DNA of 64,000 nucleotides from Candidatus Saccharimonadota bacterium (lineage in GTDB: Bacteria > Patescibacteriota > Saccharimonadia > Saccharimonadales > JACDBH01), in the NCBI GenBank assembly GCA_028289135.1, contig JAQGGW010000005.1, positions 2,941 to 66,940 of the forward strand, in the 5' to 3' direction. A model generated the notes under the pieces. The model was not told the DNA's origin. It ran no database searches and worked only from the letters and a program-made list of their open reading frames with translations. A program made the translations under genes and the position numbers. Below are positions 54,165-63,247 of the stretch, in pieces (the stretch's first letter is position 1; the number at the start of each line of letters is the position of its first letter).

Positions 54165-56573
54165 ATGACCAAAAAAGAAGCTTATTCCCGGGTGGTGATT
54201 GATCGCAAGCTGCGTGAAGCTGGTTGGGATATTGAAGACGAAGAGCAAGTTGTCTTTGAAGATCATAGCACCGCCGGCAGAGCTGACTATGTATTAAAAG
54301 ATTCAAAGGGCATGCCCATAGCGCTTATTGAGGCAAAAGCACCTGAGATTGACCCATATAATGCTAAAAAACAGGCTCGTGATTACGTTGACCTTCAATA
54401 CAAACAGATTGATTTTATATATTTGGCCAACGATCAAAAAATATATTTTTGGGATCTGGGGCATGGCGATGCAGTGCCGTCAGACAGCGGCTTTTTCTCG
54501 CAAAGCGATTTAGAACGAAGACGCGCATCCGGCCGCGTAAATAATGTTAGCCCATTGCTCCAAGAAGCTATAGATACAGATTATTTTAAAGATATTACCG
54601 ATCAGATAAAACTTCGTGATTACCAACTAGACGCATGGAATGCTATTGCAACCAATTATGACGAAAAGCAAAAACGTGCCTTCTTGCTTGAGATGGCAAC
54701 CGGCACGGGCAAAACCGTTCTGGCAGCCTTAATTATTAGCAGATTCTTGCGTACTAATAATGCAAGCCGAGTACTATTTATTGTTGATAGACAGTCATTG
54801 GCAAACCAAACAAAAGGTACTTTTGAACAGCTTCTTCGTAATATTTCCACAGTTGGGGTTTATTGGGGCGGCAAAAGGCAAAACCTTACAGGCAGCAATG
54901 TAGTTATCGCAACTATTCAGTCCCTCGGGCTACATGGTAAAAAAGACTTTACGCCAGGGGCGTTTGATTTAATTATTCACGACGAAGCTCACAGAAGTAT
55001 TTATACGCCTGAGGCGAGGGCAGCGGTTGATCATTTTGTGGGTGCGACAAAAATCGGTCTTACGGCCACGCCTCGTGATTTCTTAAAAAATATTGATATT
55101 GAACAGCTTAGCAATGACGACCCACGTGCTTTAGAGCGCCGCATTCAACGCGATACATATCGTTACTTTGGCTGTGAAAATGGTGTGCCAACATTTCGAT
55201 ATACAATTCAGGACGGCTCAAAAGCTGGCTATTTAATTGAGCCGGTTTACCGTAAGGCAAACACCTCGCTTACGTACCAAGCCCTGAGTGATCAAGGCAT
55301 AACAAAGTTAGATGATGTAGAGCTAGAAGAAGGCACAAGCCTTAAGATTCGTGACTTAGAGCGAAAAGTATTCTTTCCGAAGCGCAATCGTGCAATGATG
55401 CAAGAGTTTTTAGACTACGCAGATTATGCGCCAAACGGTGAAGTAGGCAAGACTTTGATATTTGCAGTTTCGCAGAATCACGCACTTGCTTTAACAAAAA
55501 TTCTGAACGAATTAACGCCAGAATATAACGGCCGCTTTGCCGAAGTTATTACAAGCCGCGTGCATGGGGCACATGAGATAGCCAAAGATTTTGCAAACCT
55601 TAATAACAAACTGCCACGCGTTGCCGTTACTGTTGATATGCTTGCGACAGGCTTTGACGCGCCAGAAATTCTGAACCTTGTCATGGCACGTGCAATTTAT
55701 GACCCTACAACCTATCAACAAATGAAGGGCCGCGGTACACGGCTATGTCCAGAAGTTAAAAAGGAGCGCTTCGTAATTCATGACTTTGCCGGTGTCATTG
55801 ATTACTTTGCTGAAAAGCATGACTGGGATGTTCCGCTGAATGCTCCAGCTAATAAAGTTTACGGTACGGCTGTAGAATCAGTAGAAGAAACAATGCCTAT
55901 GATTCGTGGATCTGCAATTGGTGAGCCGATACAAGAGTATGTTCGTGCGAGTGATATACCTACAAGCAATATGCAAGATTTTATCGCTACACGTGACGTG
56001 GTGCAGTACGGTCTTGGCGAGGGCGATGTTGTTGACAGGAATATGTACCAGGACGAATGGACCAAAGCGGTTCATAACTATGTAAAAGAAAATCGAGAAA
56101 AAGTCGAGCAAGTTATTGACGATCCAGAGCAACTAGACGAGCTCATGGTAGATATTAACCGCGAACTTTTGGACCGACCAAAATATTACTTTAATGAAGA
56201 GACCTTACAGCAAAGTCACCGAGTTATAGCTGGCGTAAGAGATTTTTTCTTGGCGGCACTCGGTAAGACAAAATTACCAACACGTGATGAACAGCTAGCG
56301 GAGTTTAAGCAAGGCCTCGTGAATAAATTTGCCGACAGCGAAGGTGGCGCATCACAGCGTCGCACGCAAATGGTCAAATATTTGGCGGATCACCTTATGG
56401 GTGACCATAAACTTGTTTTAGCAATACGGCTGGAGGGTAACTTATCATTTTTAGCTAAACCAGAATTTGCACAGGCATATACAACCCGCGACTGGCTTGC
56501 AGAATTTAAAGACAAAGATGAACTTTTGGAATTAATTAGTGATATAGCTGTAAACCCGCTACTAAAGGTTTAA
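54165..56573 (+). CDS. hsdR: Type I restriction enzyme R subunit
   Basis: N-terminal PD-(D/E)xK-like GRADYVL...IALIEAKA, helicase motif I MATGTGKT and motif II HDEAH; 802 aa. Confidence 0.9.
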   Translation: MTKKEAYSRVVIDRKLREAGWDIEDEEQVVFEDHSTAGRADYVLKDSKGMPIALIEAKAPEIDPYNAKKQARDYVDLQYKQIDFIYLANDQKIYFWDLGHGDAVPSDSGFFSQSDLERRRASGRVNNVSPLLQEAIDTDYFKDITDQIKLRDYQLDAWNAIATNYDEKQKRAFLLEMATGTGKTVLAALIISRFLRTNNASRVLFIVDRQSLANQTKGTFEQLLRNISTVGVYWGGKRQNLTGSNVVIATIQSLGLHGKKDFTPGAFDLIIHDEAHRSIYTPEARAAVDHFVGATKIGLTATPRDFLKNIDIEQLSNDDPRALERRIQRDTYRYFGCENGVPTFRYTIQDGSKAGYLIEPVYRKANTSLTYQALSDQGITKLDDVELEEGTSLKIRDLERKVFFPKRNRAMMQEFLDYADYAPNGEVGKTLIFAVSQNHALALTKILNELTPEYNGRFAEVITSRVHGAHEIAKDFANLNNKLPRVAVTVDMLATGFDAPEILNLVMARAIYDPTTYQQMKGRGTRLCPEVKKERFVIHDFAGVIDYFAEKHDWDVPLNAPANKVYGTAVESVEETMPMIRGSAIGEPIQEYVRASDIPTSNMQDFIATRDVVQYGLGEGDVVDRNMYQDEWTKAVHNYVKENREKVEQVIDDPEQLDELMVDINRELLDRPKYYFNEETLQQSHRVIAGVRDFFLAALGKTKLPTRDEQLAEFKQGLVNKFADSEGGASQRRTQMVKYLADHLMGDHKLVLAIRLEGNLSFLAKPEFAQAYTTRDWLAEFKDKDELLELISDIAVNPLLKV

Positions 56574-56577
56574 AACA

Positions 56578-59043
56578 ATGGCAGAATTTAATACCGCAGA
56601 CCTACACAAACAAGTTGACCGTCTTATGGATATTTTCTTTGGGGCGGGTGTTGCAAGCCACCCAACAATTATTGAACAGATTAACTACCTGCTATTTATG
56701 CGCGCACTTTCTTATAAGGATGACGAATATCTTGCACTTGGCATTAATGATGCCGACACGATTGTTTTTGACGGTGAGCTTGAAAAATATCGCTGGGAAA
56801 ACTTACTGAGTCTAAATGCTGAAGCATTGTTTGTAGCGCTTGAAGATTGCTTTCGTAAAATTCCAGAAAGCACAAACAATAAAACGGTTCGTTTAGTTTT
56901 TCGAAATGCGCATATAAAACTGTTTGATAAGCCGAGTCTGCGGGTTGTAGTGCATGAAATTGATGCCTTTGCCAAACTGATGGACGAAGGAGAACATGAA
57001 GGTAAACACGATATTTTCGGTGATACATATGAATACTTGTTGAGTAAGCTTGCGCAAGCCGGTACTTCTGGCCAGTTCAGAACGCCGCGCCACATTATTG
57101 AGTTTCTTGTAGCAGTAGTCGCGCCTAAAAAAGGCGAAACTATTCTCGACCCAGCCGTCGGCACGGCTGGTTTTTTAGTGAAAGCTTTTGAATATTTGCG
57201 AAAAGAATACACATCGCCGGAACAGGCAGCCACGGGTGGTGCATTCGATAAGCTAAGCTCCAAAGAACATACATTTTTGTACGAACATACCTTTACTGGC
57301 TTTGACAGCGACGAAGACATGATTAAATTTGGCATGATGAACCTGTACCTTCACGGCTTGCAGAATGCGCATCTTGTGCGCCAAAACACACTTACCGACA
57401 CTGCTGGTAATCGCGATAAATACGATATTATTCTGGCCAACCCGCCTTTTAGTGGCAAGATTGACCGCGACAGCGTGGCTCAAGAGCTGCAAATGAATAC
57501 AGGAGCAACGGAAGTTCTATTTTTGCGTTATATGCTAGAGCATTTGACCGACAGTGGCCGTATGGGTGTGATAGTGCCAGAGGGCGTGATTTTTAATGGC
57601 TCAAGTGCACATGTTAAAATTCGCAAAATGCTTATTGAAAGTGGGCTTTGGTGTGTAGTGAGCCTCCCAGCGGGGGTCTTTAACCCATATGCGGGTGTTA
57701 AAACATCTATAGTTTTTATAGACAAATCCCTAAACAAAAATACTGAAATATTATTTGCCAAAGCTGAATCTGATGGTCTTAGTTTTGGTGCGCAGCGTCG
57801 CCCTATAATAAGAAACGATATACCGGGTATTTTGAGTGGTATAAAAAACCTTAAAGCGGGTATACCTTCAGAGTCTATCCATGTGCATAGTGTTAACAGA
57901 GATATGATTATAAATAGCAAAGACTATAACCTAAATGGTGATCGCTATAAAACTGTTGGCACTAACATGCTTTCGCAATGGACGCATACCGAGCTTAGTA
58001 ATGTGGCAAGAATTGAAAAGGGGAAATCATCTTCTACTAAAACTGAGCCTGGAGAGTACCCCCTAGTTCTTACAGCAAAAAATAGTAAAACTTCTAAAAA
58101 TTATGATTTTGAGGGCGAAGCAGTTCTTGTGCCACTTATCTCTGCGACAGGCCACGGTAAATCTGATATTAAAACAATTCATTATCAGAAGGGTAAGTTT
58201 GCTGCAGCAAATTTACTAGCAGTAGTTATGCCAGATCCTAATAAATGTGATGCAAAATATCTGCGTTTGTATTTAGATTATAAGAAAGATTACATCGCTA
58301 AAACTAAAATGTCTGGAGCAGCTAACAGGAGTATGAAGTTAGAGGATTTACACGATGTTCCTATCCCTCTACCGACTTTAGACATTCAGCATCAAATTGT
58401 ATCTGAAATTGATGGTTATCAAAAAATTATTGATGCTGCTAAAATAATTGTCAAATTTTATAAACCAGCTGTCAAAATGAATCCAGACTGGGATATCTCT
58501 AGCCTCGAGGATGTCTTTGATATGGTAAATGGCAGAGCTTTTAAAACATCGGAATGGTCGGATGCAGGAATTCCTATAATCCGGATCGCTAACCTAAACG
58601 GGGAATCCGCGAAGTATAACTATTACTCCGGTAATTATGACGACAAAACGCTTGTAGAACCTGGCCAACTGCTATTTTCTTGGTCTGGTACAAAAGGCAC
58701 ATCCTTCGGACCACATCTATGGCAGAGAAAAGCTGGGCTTTTAAATCAGCACATATTCAAGCTTAATCCAAAAGGAATTCCTATTGATTTGACGTTCGCC
58801 TACCACTATTTGAAAGCAATCGTGCCTGAAATAGAAGCAAAAGCACATGGATCAGGCGGCTTAGTACATATTACGAAGGGAGAACTTGGCAAGTTTAAAA
58901 TCCCTACTCCTGAGATTAGTGAACAAAGAAAAATAGTTGCCGCACTCGAAACAGAGCAGCAACTTATAAATGCAAACAAAACACTAATCGAAACATTCCA
59001 GCAAAAAATTAAAGATAAAATCGCAGAAATTTGGGGTGAATAA
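56578..59043 (+). CDS. hsdM: Fused Type I methyltransferase-specificity polypeptide (HsdM domain plus a complete two-TRD HsdS domain)
   Basis: N-terminal HsdM_N-like region, SAM motif ILDPAVGTAGFL and catalytic NPPF. Residues from about 470 to 821 contain two TRD-like blocks, each followed by a helical spacer (LDIQHQIVSEID..., ISEQRKIVAALE...). Confidence 0.85.
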   Translation: MAEFNTADLHKQVDRLMDIFFGAGVASHPTIIEQINYLLFMRALSYKDDEYLALGINDADTIVFDGELEKYRWENLLSLNAEALFVALEDCFRKIPESTNNKTVRLVFRNAHIKLFDKPSLRVVVHEIDAFAKLMDEGEHEGKHDIFGDTYEYLLSKLAQAGTSGQFRTPRHIIEFLVAVVAPKKGETILDPAVGTAGFLVKAFEYLRKEYTSPEQAATGGAFDKLSSKEHTFLYEHTFTGFDSDEDMIKFGMMNLYLHGLQNAHLVRQNTLTDTAGNRDKYDIILANPPFSGKIDRDSVAQELQMNTGATEVLFLRYMLEHLTDSGRMGVIVPEGVIFNGSSAHVKIRKMLIESGLWCVVSLPAGVFNPYAGVKTSIVFIDKSLNKNTEILFAKAESDGLSFGAQRRPIIRNDIPGILSGIKNLKAGIPSESIHVHSVNRDMIINSKDYNLNGDRYKTVGTNMLSQWTHTELSNVARIEKGKSSSTKTEPGEYPLVLTAKNSKTSKNYDFEGEAVLVPLISATGHGKSDIKTIHYQKGKFAAANLLAVVMPDPNKCDAKYLRLYLDYKKDYIAKTKMSGAANRSMKLEDLHDVPIPLPTLDIQHQIVSEIDGYQKIIDAAKIIVKFYKPAVKMNPDWDISSLEDVFDMVNGRAFKTSEWSDAGIPIIRIANLNGESAKYNYYSGNYDDKTLVEPGQLLFSWSGTKGTSFGPHLWQRKAGLLNQHIFKLNPKGIPIDLTFAYHYLKAIVPEIEAKAHGSGGLVHITKGELGKFKIPTPEISEQRKIVAALETEQQLINANKTLIETFQQKIKDKIAEIWGE

Positions 59044-59045
59044 AC

Positions 59046-60710
59046 ATGAGAATAACTAGAATTTGCATCAAAAATTTTCGATCTATAGAGGATGTAACTA
59101 TTGAAACAAATAATTTGAATGTACTCGTAGGTCAAAATAATCATGGCAAAACTAATTTTTTAACTGCGATTAATTGGTTTTTTTATGGCGGAAGTACTGA
59201 ACTTCACAAGAGAAAGGGTACTGGATCAGGTAACCCATATATTGAGATATGTTTCGACGATGTGCAGGGGGCATTGAAGAAGATGAAGAACGAGAAAAAT
59301 AGCAAAACCCTATCTTCAAAATTAGAAAATGTAGAAGAAGTTTCTCTGGTAAGGACTGTAGACGAGGAGGGTAAAACCAATCGAAGAATTGTTAATAGAG
59401 AAACTCGTGAACTTAGTGACCCAGGTACGGGATTTGACAAGGCCCTAAACGATTTCTTGCCTAACCTAGAGTTTGTACAAACTGAAAATAATTTACGAGA
59501 TATTTTAAAATACGGTAAAACTACTCAAATTGGTACCATGCTTTCGGGAGTCTTGAACGAGATACTGGCTAGCGGCGATCCAGCTTACAAAAGATTTGTA
59601 GATGAATTTTATACCTTATTTGGATCAAAAGAATCAAAAATTTACGATGAACTTAGAAAACTTGCTGAGAGCGTGGAGCTATATTTAAAAAAGCAGTTTC
59701 CTGAAACCACAAAAGTTGAGTTTGAGGTCAAGAATCCTGAACTTACAGATCTGTTCAAAAATTTTTCCGCGAAAGTAGATGATGGGGTTGTGACTGAAGC
59801 TTATGAAAAAGGCGATGGAATGCAACGAGCTTTAATGCTTGCGATAATTCAAACCTTTGCAGATTACAGGAGAAAAAATGCAGATATAAAGAACTTTATT
59901 TTTCTAATTGATGAGGGTGAGCTGCATCTTCACCCTGGTGCACAAAGGCATTTAAAGTCTGCACTTGAAGATCTTGCAAAGGATGGAGATCAGATATTTT
60001 TGACTACCCACTCCTCTGTGCTTATATCTGACGATAGCTCAGGTGACAAACAAAGTACTTTCAAAGTTGAAAAGTTCGAGGACGGAGTAACGAATATTGA
60101 TATACAAAATGAATACGCTAAGAAAAACATTATATACGAACTTCTTGGAGGTAGCCCTACCGATTTGCTAATGCCGTCGAATTTTATAATTGTTGAAGGC
60201 TCTTCAGAAGTTGATTTTTTAAGCAAGGTAATCGAACGACATTATCCAGAGAAAAAGTCCCTTAAGATCCTTCCCGCAAGAGGAGACTTTTATCAATCAG
60301 TACAACTCATGAATTCATTAGAGAAATTATTTACACCGCTGTCAGAGAGTATATATAAAGGTCATTTTCAAGTTCTTATTGATAAAAGTAAGCTCACAGA
60401 TGCGCAATTTCAAGAACTCCTTACTAAAGTCCCTAATTTCGATAAGGACTCCCAGTTTCATGAGCTTAGTCTTGGATCCCTTGAAGAATATTATCCTATC
60501 AAAAAAGCTGACCAATGTGCGGACTCATCAAATAGCAGATTATTTATGGAAAAATGGAAACTGTCATCAGCCGAAGTCTCCGCGCTTAGTTCTAAACAGA
60601 AGAGCCGTATGTCAAAAATTATTGGTGATAATATCACTAAAGATCAATTTGAAAACGAAATGCCATTAATGTTAAAGGTTTTAAATATGGCCTACGAGAA
60701 GAAATTATGA
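59046..60710 (+). CDS. ABC-type ATPase with a C-terminal Toprim/DUF4435-like region (OLD-family nuclease or fused PARIS AriA-AriB-like)
   Basis: MRITRICIKNFRSIED..., Walker A GQNNHGKTN, Walker B FLIDEGELHLHP, and a C-terminal IIVEGSSEVDFL motif. Confidence 0.8.
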   Translation: MRITRICIKNFRSIEDVTIETNNLNVLVGQNNHGKTNFLTAINWFFYGGSTELHKRKGTGSGNPYIEICFDDVQGALKKMKNEKNSKTLSSKLENVEEVSLVRTVDEEGKTNRRIVNRETRELSDPGTGFDKALNDFLPNLEFVQTENNLRDILKYGKTTQIGTMLSGVLNEILASGDPAYKRFVDEFYTLFGSKESKIYDELRKLAESVELYLKKQFPETTKVEFEVKNPELTDLFKNFSAKVDDGVVTEAYEKGDGMQRALMLAIIQTFADYRRKNADIKNFIFLIDEGELHLHPGAQRHLKSALEDLAKDGDQIFLTTHSSVLISDDSSGDKQSTFKVEKFEDGVTNIDIQNEYAKKNIIYELLGGSPTDLLMPSNFIIVEGSSEVDFLSKVIERHYPEKKSLKILPARGDFYQSVQLMNSLEKLFTPLSESIYKGHFQVLIDKSKLTDAQFQELLTKVPNFDKDSQFHELSLGSLEEYYPIKKADQCADSSNSRLFMEKWKLSSAEVSALSSKQKSRMSKIIGDNITKDQFENEMPLMLKVLNMAYEKKL

Positions 60711-61900
60711 ATGAAATTATATGTCCACACTGTAAAAAAGCCTTTAAAGTTGATGAGGCAGGCTTTGCTGATATTTTGAAGCAGGTGCGTGACCACAAGT
60801 TTGAGGAAGAGTTGCTTGAGCGCGTGCAAATGCTGGAGAGAGATAAAGAAAATGCCGTTAAGCTGGCGGAGGCTACTACTAAAAACGAACTTCAAGCCGA
60901 AGCGGCAAAAAAAGATGCGGAAGTCGCTGAGCTTAAGGCAAAACTTCAGGCTACAGAAACTGAAAAAAAGCTGGCTGTTACTGAAGCGGTAAATATAGTC
61001 GAAAAACAGCGCGATGAGCTTGTTGGGAAACTTCAAAGTAAAGATACGGAAAAACAGTTGCTTGAAGCTTCGCTGAAAGATAAGTATGAATCCGAACTTA
61101 AGTCTAAAGACGAAATGATTGCCTACTACAAAGACATGAAGGCTAAGCTTTCTACAAAAATGGTAGGCGAGACACTAGAACAGCACTGTGAGATAGAATT
61201 TAACAAACTGCGTGCAACGGCTTTTCAAAACGCATACTTCGAGAAAGACAATGATGCAAGCAGCGGCAGCAAGGGCGATTATATTTACAAAGAAACTGAT
61301 GAAAATGGTACCGAAATTATCTCTATCATGTTTGAGATGAAGAACGAAGGTGATGAAACGGCAACAAAAAAGAAAAATGAAGATTTCCTGCGTGAGCTAG
61401 ACAAAGATCGAAGCGAGAAAAATTGCGAGTTTGCAGTACTTGTATCTCTACTTGAAGCCGATAACGAACTATATAACTCGGGCATTGTTGATGTGTCGCA
61501 TAAACATTCGAAGATGTATGTCATACGGCCCCAATTCTTTATACCAATAATTACTTTACTTCGTAATGCCGCAATGACCTCAATGCAGTACAAATCCGAA
61601 CTTGCCCTAGTTAAATCACAGAATATTGATGTTACGAACTTCGAGGATCAGTTAAATGATTTTCGTGACTCTTTTGGTAAAAGCTACCGTCTGGCATCCG
61701 AGCGTTTTCAAGATGCAGTAGCGAGTATTGATAAGTCGATAGCTCAGCTCCAAAAAACTAAAGAGAACTTGCTGAAGTCAGAAGATCACTATCGAATCGC
61801 AAACAATAAGGCAGATGAGCTATCGGTCAAGAAACTTATACGCGGAAACCCTACTATGTCTGCTAGGTTTGCAAATTTAGATGATAAGAAGACTAGATAA
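60707..61900 (+). CDS. DUF2130 family protein (N-terminal zinc ribbon, coiled coil, conserved C-terminal domain)
   Basis: MNEIICPHCKKAFKVDEAGFADILKQVRD start and a long E/K-rich coiled coil. ATGA overlap with the upstream gene. Confidence 0.75.
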   Translation: MNEIICPHCKKAFKVDEAGFADILKQVRDHKFEEELLERVQMLERDKENAVKLAEATTKNELQAEAAKKDAEVAELKAKLQATETEKKLAVTEAVNIVEKQRDELVGKLQSKDTEKQLLEASLKDKYESELKSKDEMIAYYKDMKAKLSTKMVGETLEQHCEIEFNKLRATAFQNAYFEKDNDASSGSKGDYIYKETDENGTEIISIMFEMKNEGDETATKKKNEDFLRELDKDRSEKNCEFAVLVSLLEADNELYNSGIVDVSHKHSKMYVIRPQFFIPIITLLRNAAMTSMQYKSELALVKSQNIDVTNFEDQLNDFRDSFGKSYRLASERFQDAVASIDKSIAQLQKTKENLLKSEDHYRIANNKADELSVKKLIRGNPTMSARFANLDDKKTR

Positions 61901-61942
61901 GTCAGTTTGACAGTATACGGACTCTCATGATCTACTTAAGGC

Positions 61943-62779
61943 ATGTCACCGAAGTTAATTTCTATATTTTTGCCTGATGGTAACCCAAATGCTTTAAAGA
62001 TTGCAGAAATATCGAACCGTAATATACGGGCACTTTTAATTCCTCGCCCAAAACTTACAGATGCAATAGCAAGAGTTGAGCTAAATCAGCCCGCGCTTTA
62101 TGTGCTTACGGATAGAGATGCAAGTGAAATTTATATCGGTGAATGCGAAAACTTTTTGCACAGAGTAAAATCACATGACCAAAAGAAAGATTTTTGGGAT
62201 GTTGCATTAGTGTTTGTAGCCAAAGACAGTTCGCTTGAAAAAGGGGATGTAAAATATCTAGAATCCTTAGCCGTAGAAATAGCAAAGGACGCTGAACGTA
62301 CTAAAGTTACTAATCTCACTGTACCGGCACGTAATAATTTACATGAATTTAAAGCTCAAACTATATTAGAATTTTTTGACGATCTCAAGCTACTTATTTC
62401 TGCACTCGGTTATCCTGTGTTTGACAAAATAAAAATTGAAGAAAAAAATGAATCTGAATTTTGGTATTGTGATAGACGTCTCACGAAGGCTAAAGCTATT
62501 TATGACGAAAACGGTTTCACGGTGATTAAGGGCTCGATTATAGATGCTACTGTCCAGCCATCATTATTAAAGTATTATCCATATGCTGTCAAAGAGCGAG
62601 AAGAACTTATATCACAAAAGGCATCCCTGAATCACGATAAAGTTTCATATACACTAAAAGAGAATATTACTTTCAGCAGCGCAAATAAGGCAGGCGGCTT
62701 TGTTGTCGGTGCCAATATAAATGCTTGGACAAACTGGAAAAATAAGGCCGGTAAAACAATGGACGAGGTTTTGCGTTAA
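61943..62779 (+). CDS. GIY-YIG-like nuclease family protein with a DUF4357-like C-terminal domain
   Basis: ALYVLTD....EIYIGECENFLHRVKSH...KDFWD...VF pattern. The C-terminus FTVIKGS...S.ANKAGGFV.G resembles DUF4357. Confidence 0.7.
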   Translation: MSPKLISIFLPDGNPNALKIAEISNRNIRALLIPRPKLTDAIARVELNQPALYVLTDRDASEIYIGECENFLHRVKSHDQKKDFWDVALVFVAKDSSLEKGDVKYLESLAVEIAKDAERTKVTNLTVPARNNLHEFKAQTILEFFDDLKLLISALGYPVFDKIKIEEKNESEFWYCDRRLTKAKAIYDENGFTVIKGSIIDATVQPSLLKYYPYAVKEREELISQKASLNHDKVSYTLKENITFSSANKAGGFVVGANINAWTNWKNKAGKTMDEVLR

Positions 62780-62783
62780 AATT

Positions 62784-63200
62784 ATGGAAGAAAATGTAAA
62801 GAAAAACTTCTGGCTCTATACTTTAGCTTTAAGCGATGGAAAATATTATGTGGGTATTACTGCGCAACGAAACCCATACGTACGTATCAATCAACATGGA
62901 AAATTTGCGAGCGCTGCATGGACTCATAAACATAAACCGCTAAAAGAACCACTTATTGAACTTAAAAAACTCGGATATATGACATATGTAGACGCCAAAA
63001 AGTTAGAGTCTGAGACGATGATGGAGTATGTGAAAAAATATGGGCAAAATAATGTACGTGGTGGTAACGTGAACTTTACTGAAGATTCTATAAAAATAGG
63101 TAACAGATTTTGGCTAAAAGATGATTTTAGTACAACAATATTAGTAACAACCCTTTGTTTAATGATTATATTTTTGAGCATAGCTTACCAGCTAAAATGA
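62784..63200 (+). CDS. Small GIY-YIG domain protein with a C-terminal TM helix
   Basis: FWLYTLALSDGKYYVGITAQ...R..QH and VRGG motifs. The C-terminus ILVTTLCLMIIFLSIAY is hydrophobic. The ATG at 62784 lies 4 nt after the upstream stop; the track ORF starts earlier, inside the upstream gene. Confidence 0.65.
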   Translation: MEENVKKNFWLYTLALSDGKYYVGITAQRNPYVRINQHGKFASAAWTHKHKPLKEPLIELKKLGYMTYVDAKKLESETMMEYVKKYGQNNVRGGNVNFTEDSIKIGNRFWLKDDFSTTILVTTLCLMIIFLSIAYQLK

Positions 63201-63247
63201 ACCCCTACCTAGACATAGAAGGCGTAATATGTCGAATGAACTATAAA

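Noticed and set aside
56712-57335. 207-aa minus-strand ORF inside the hsdM-hsdS gene
   Set aside because: It is antisense to the methyltransferase domain and is Ser-rich with no motif.
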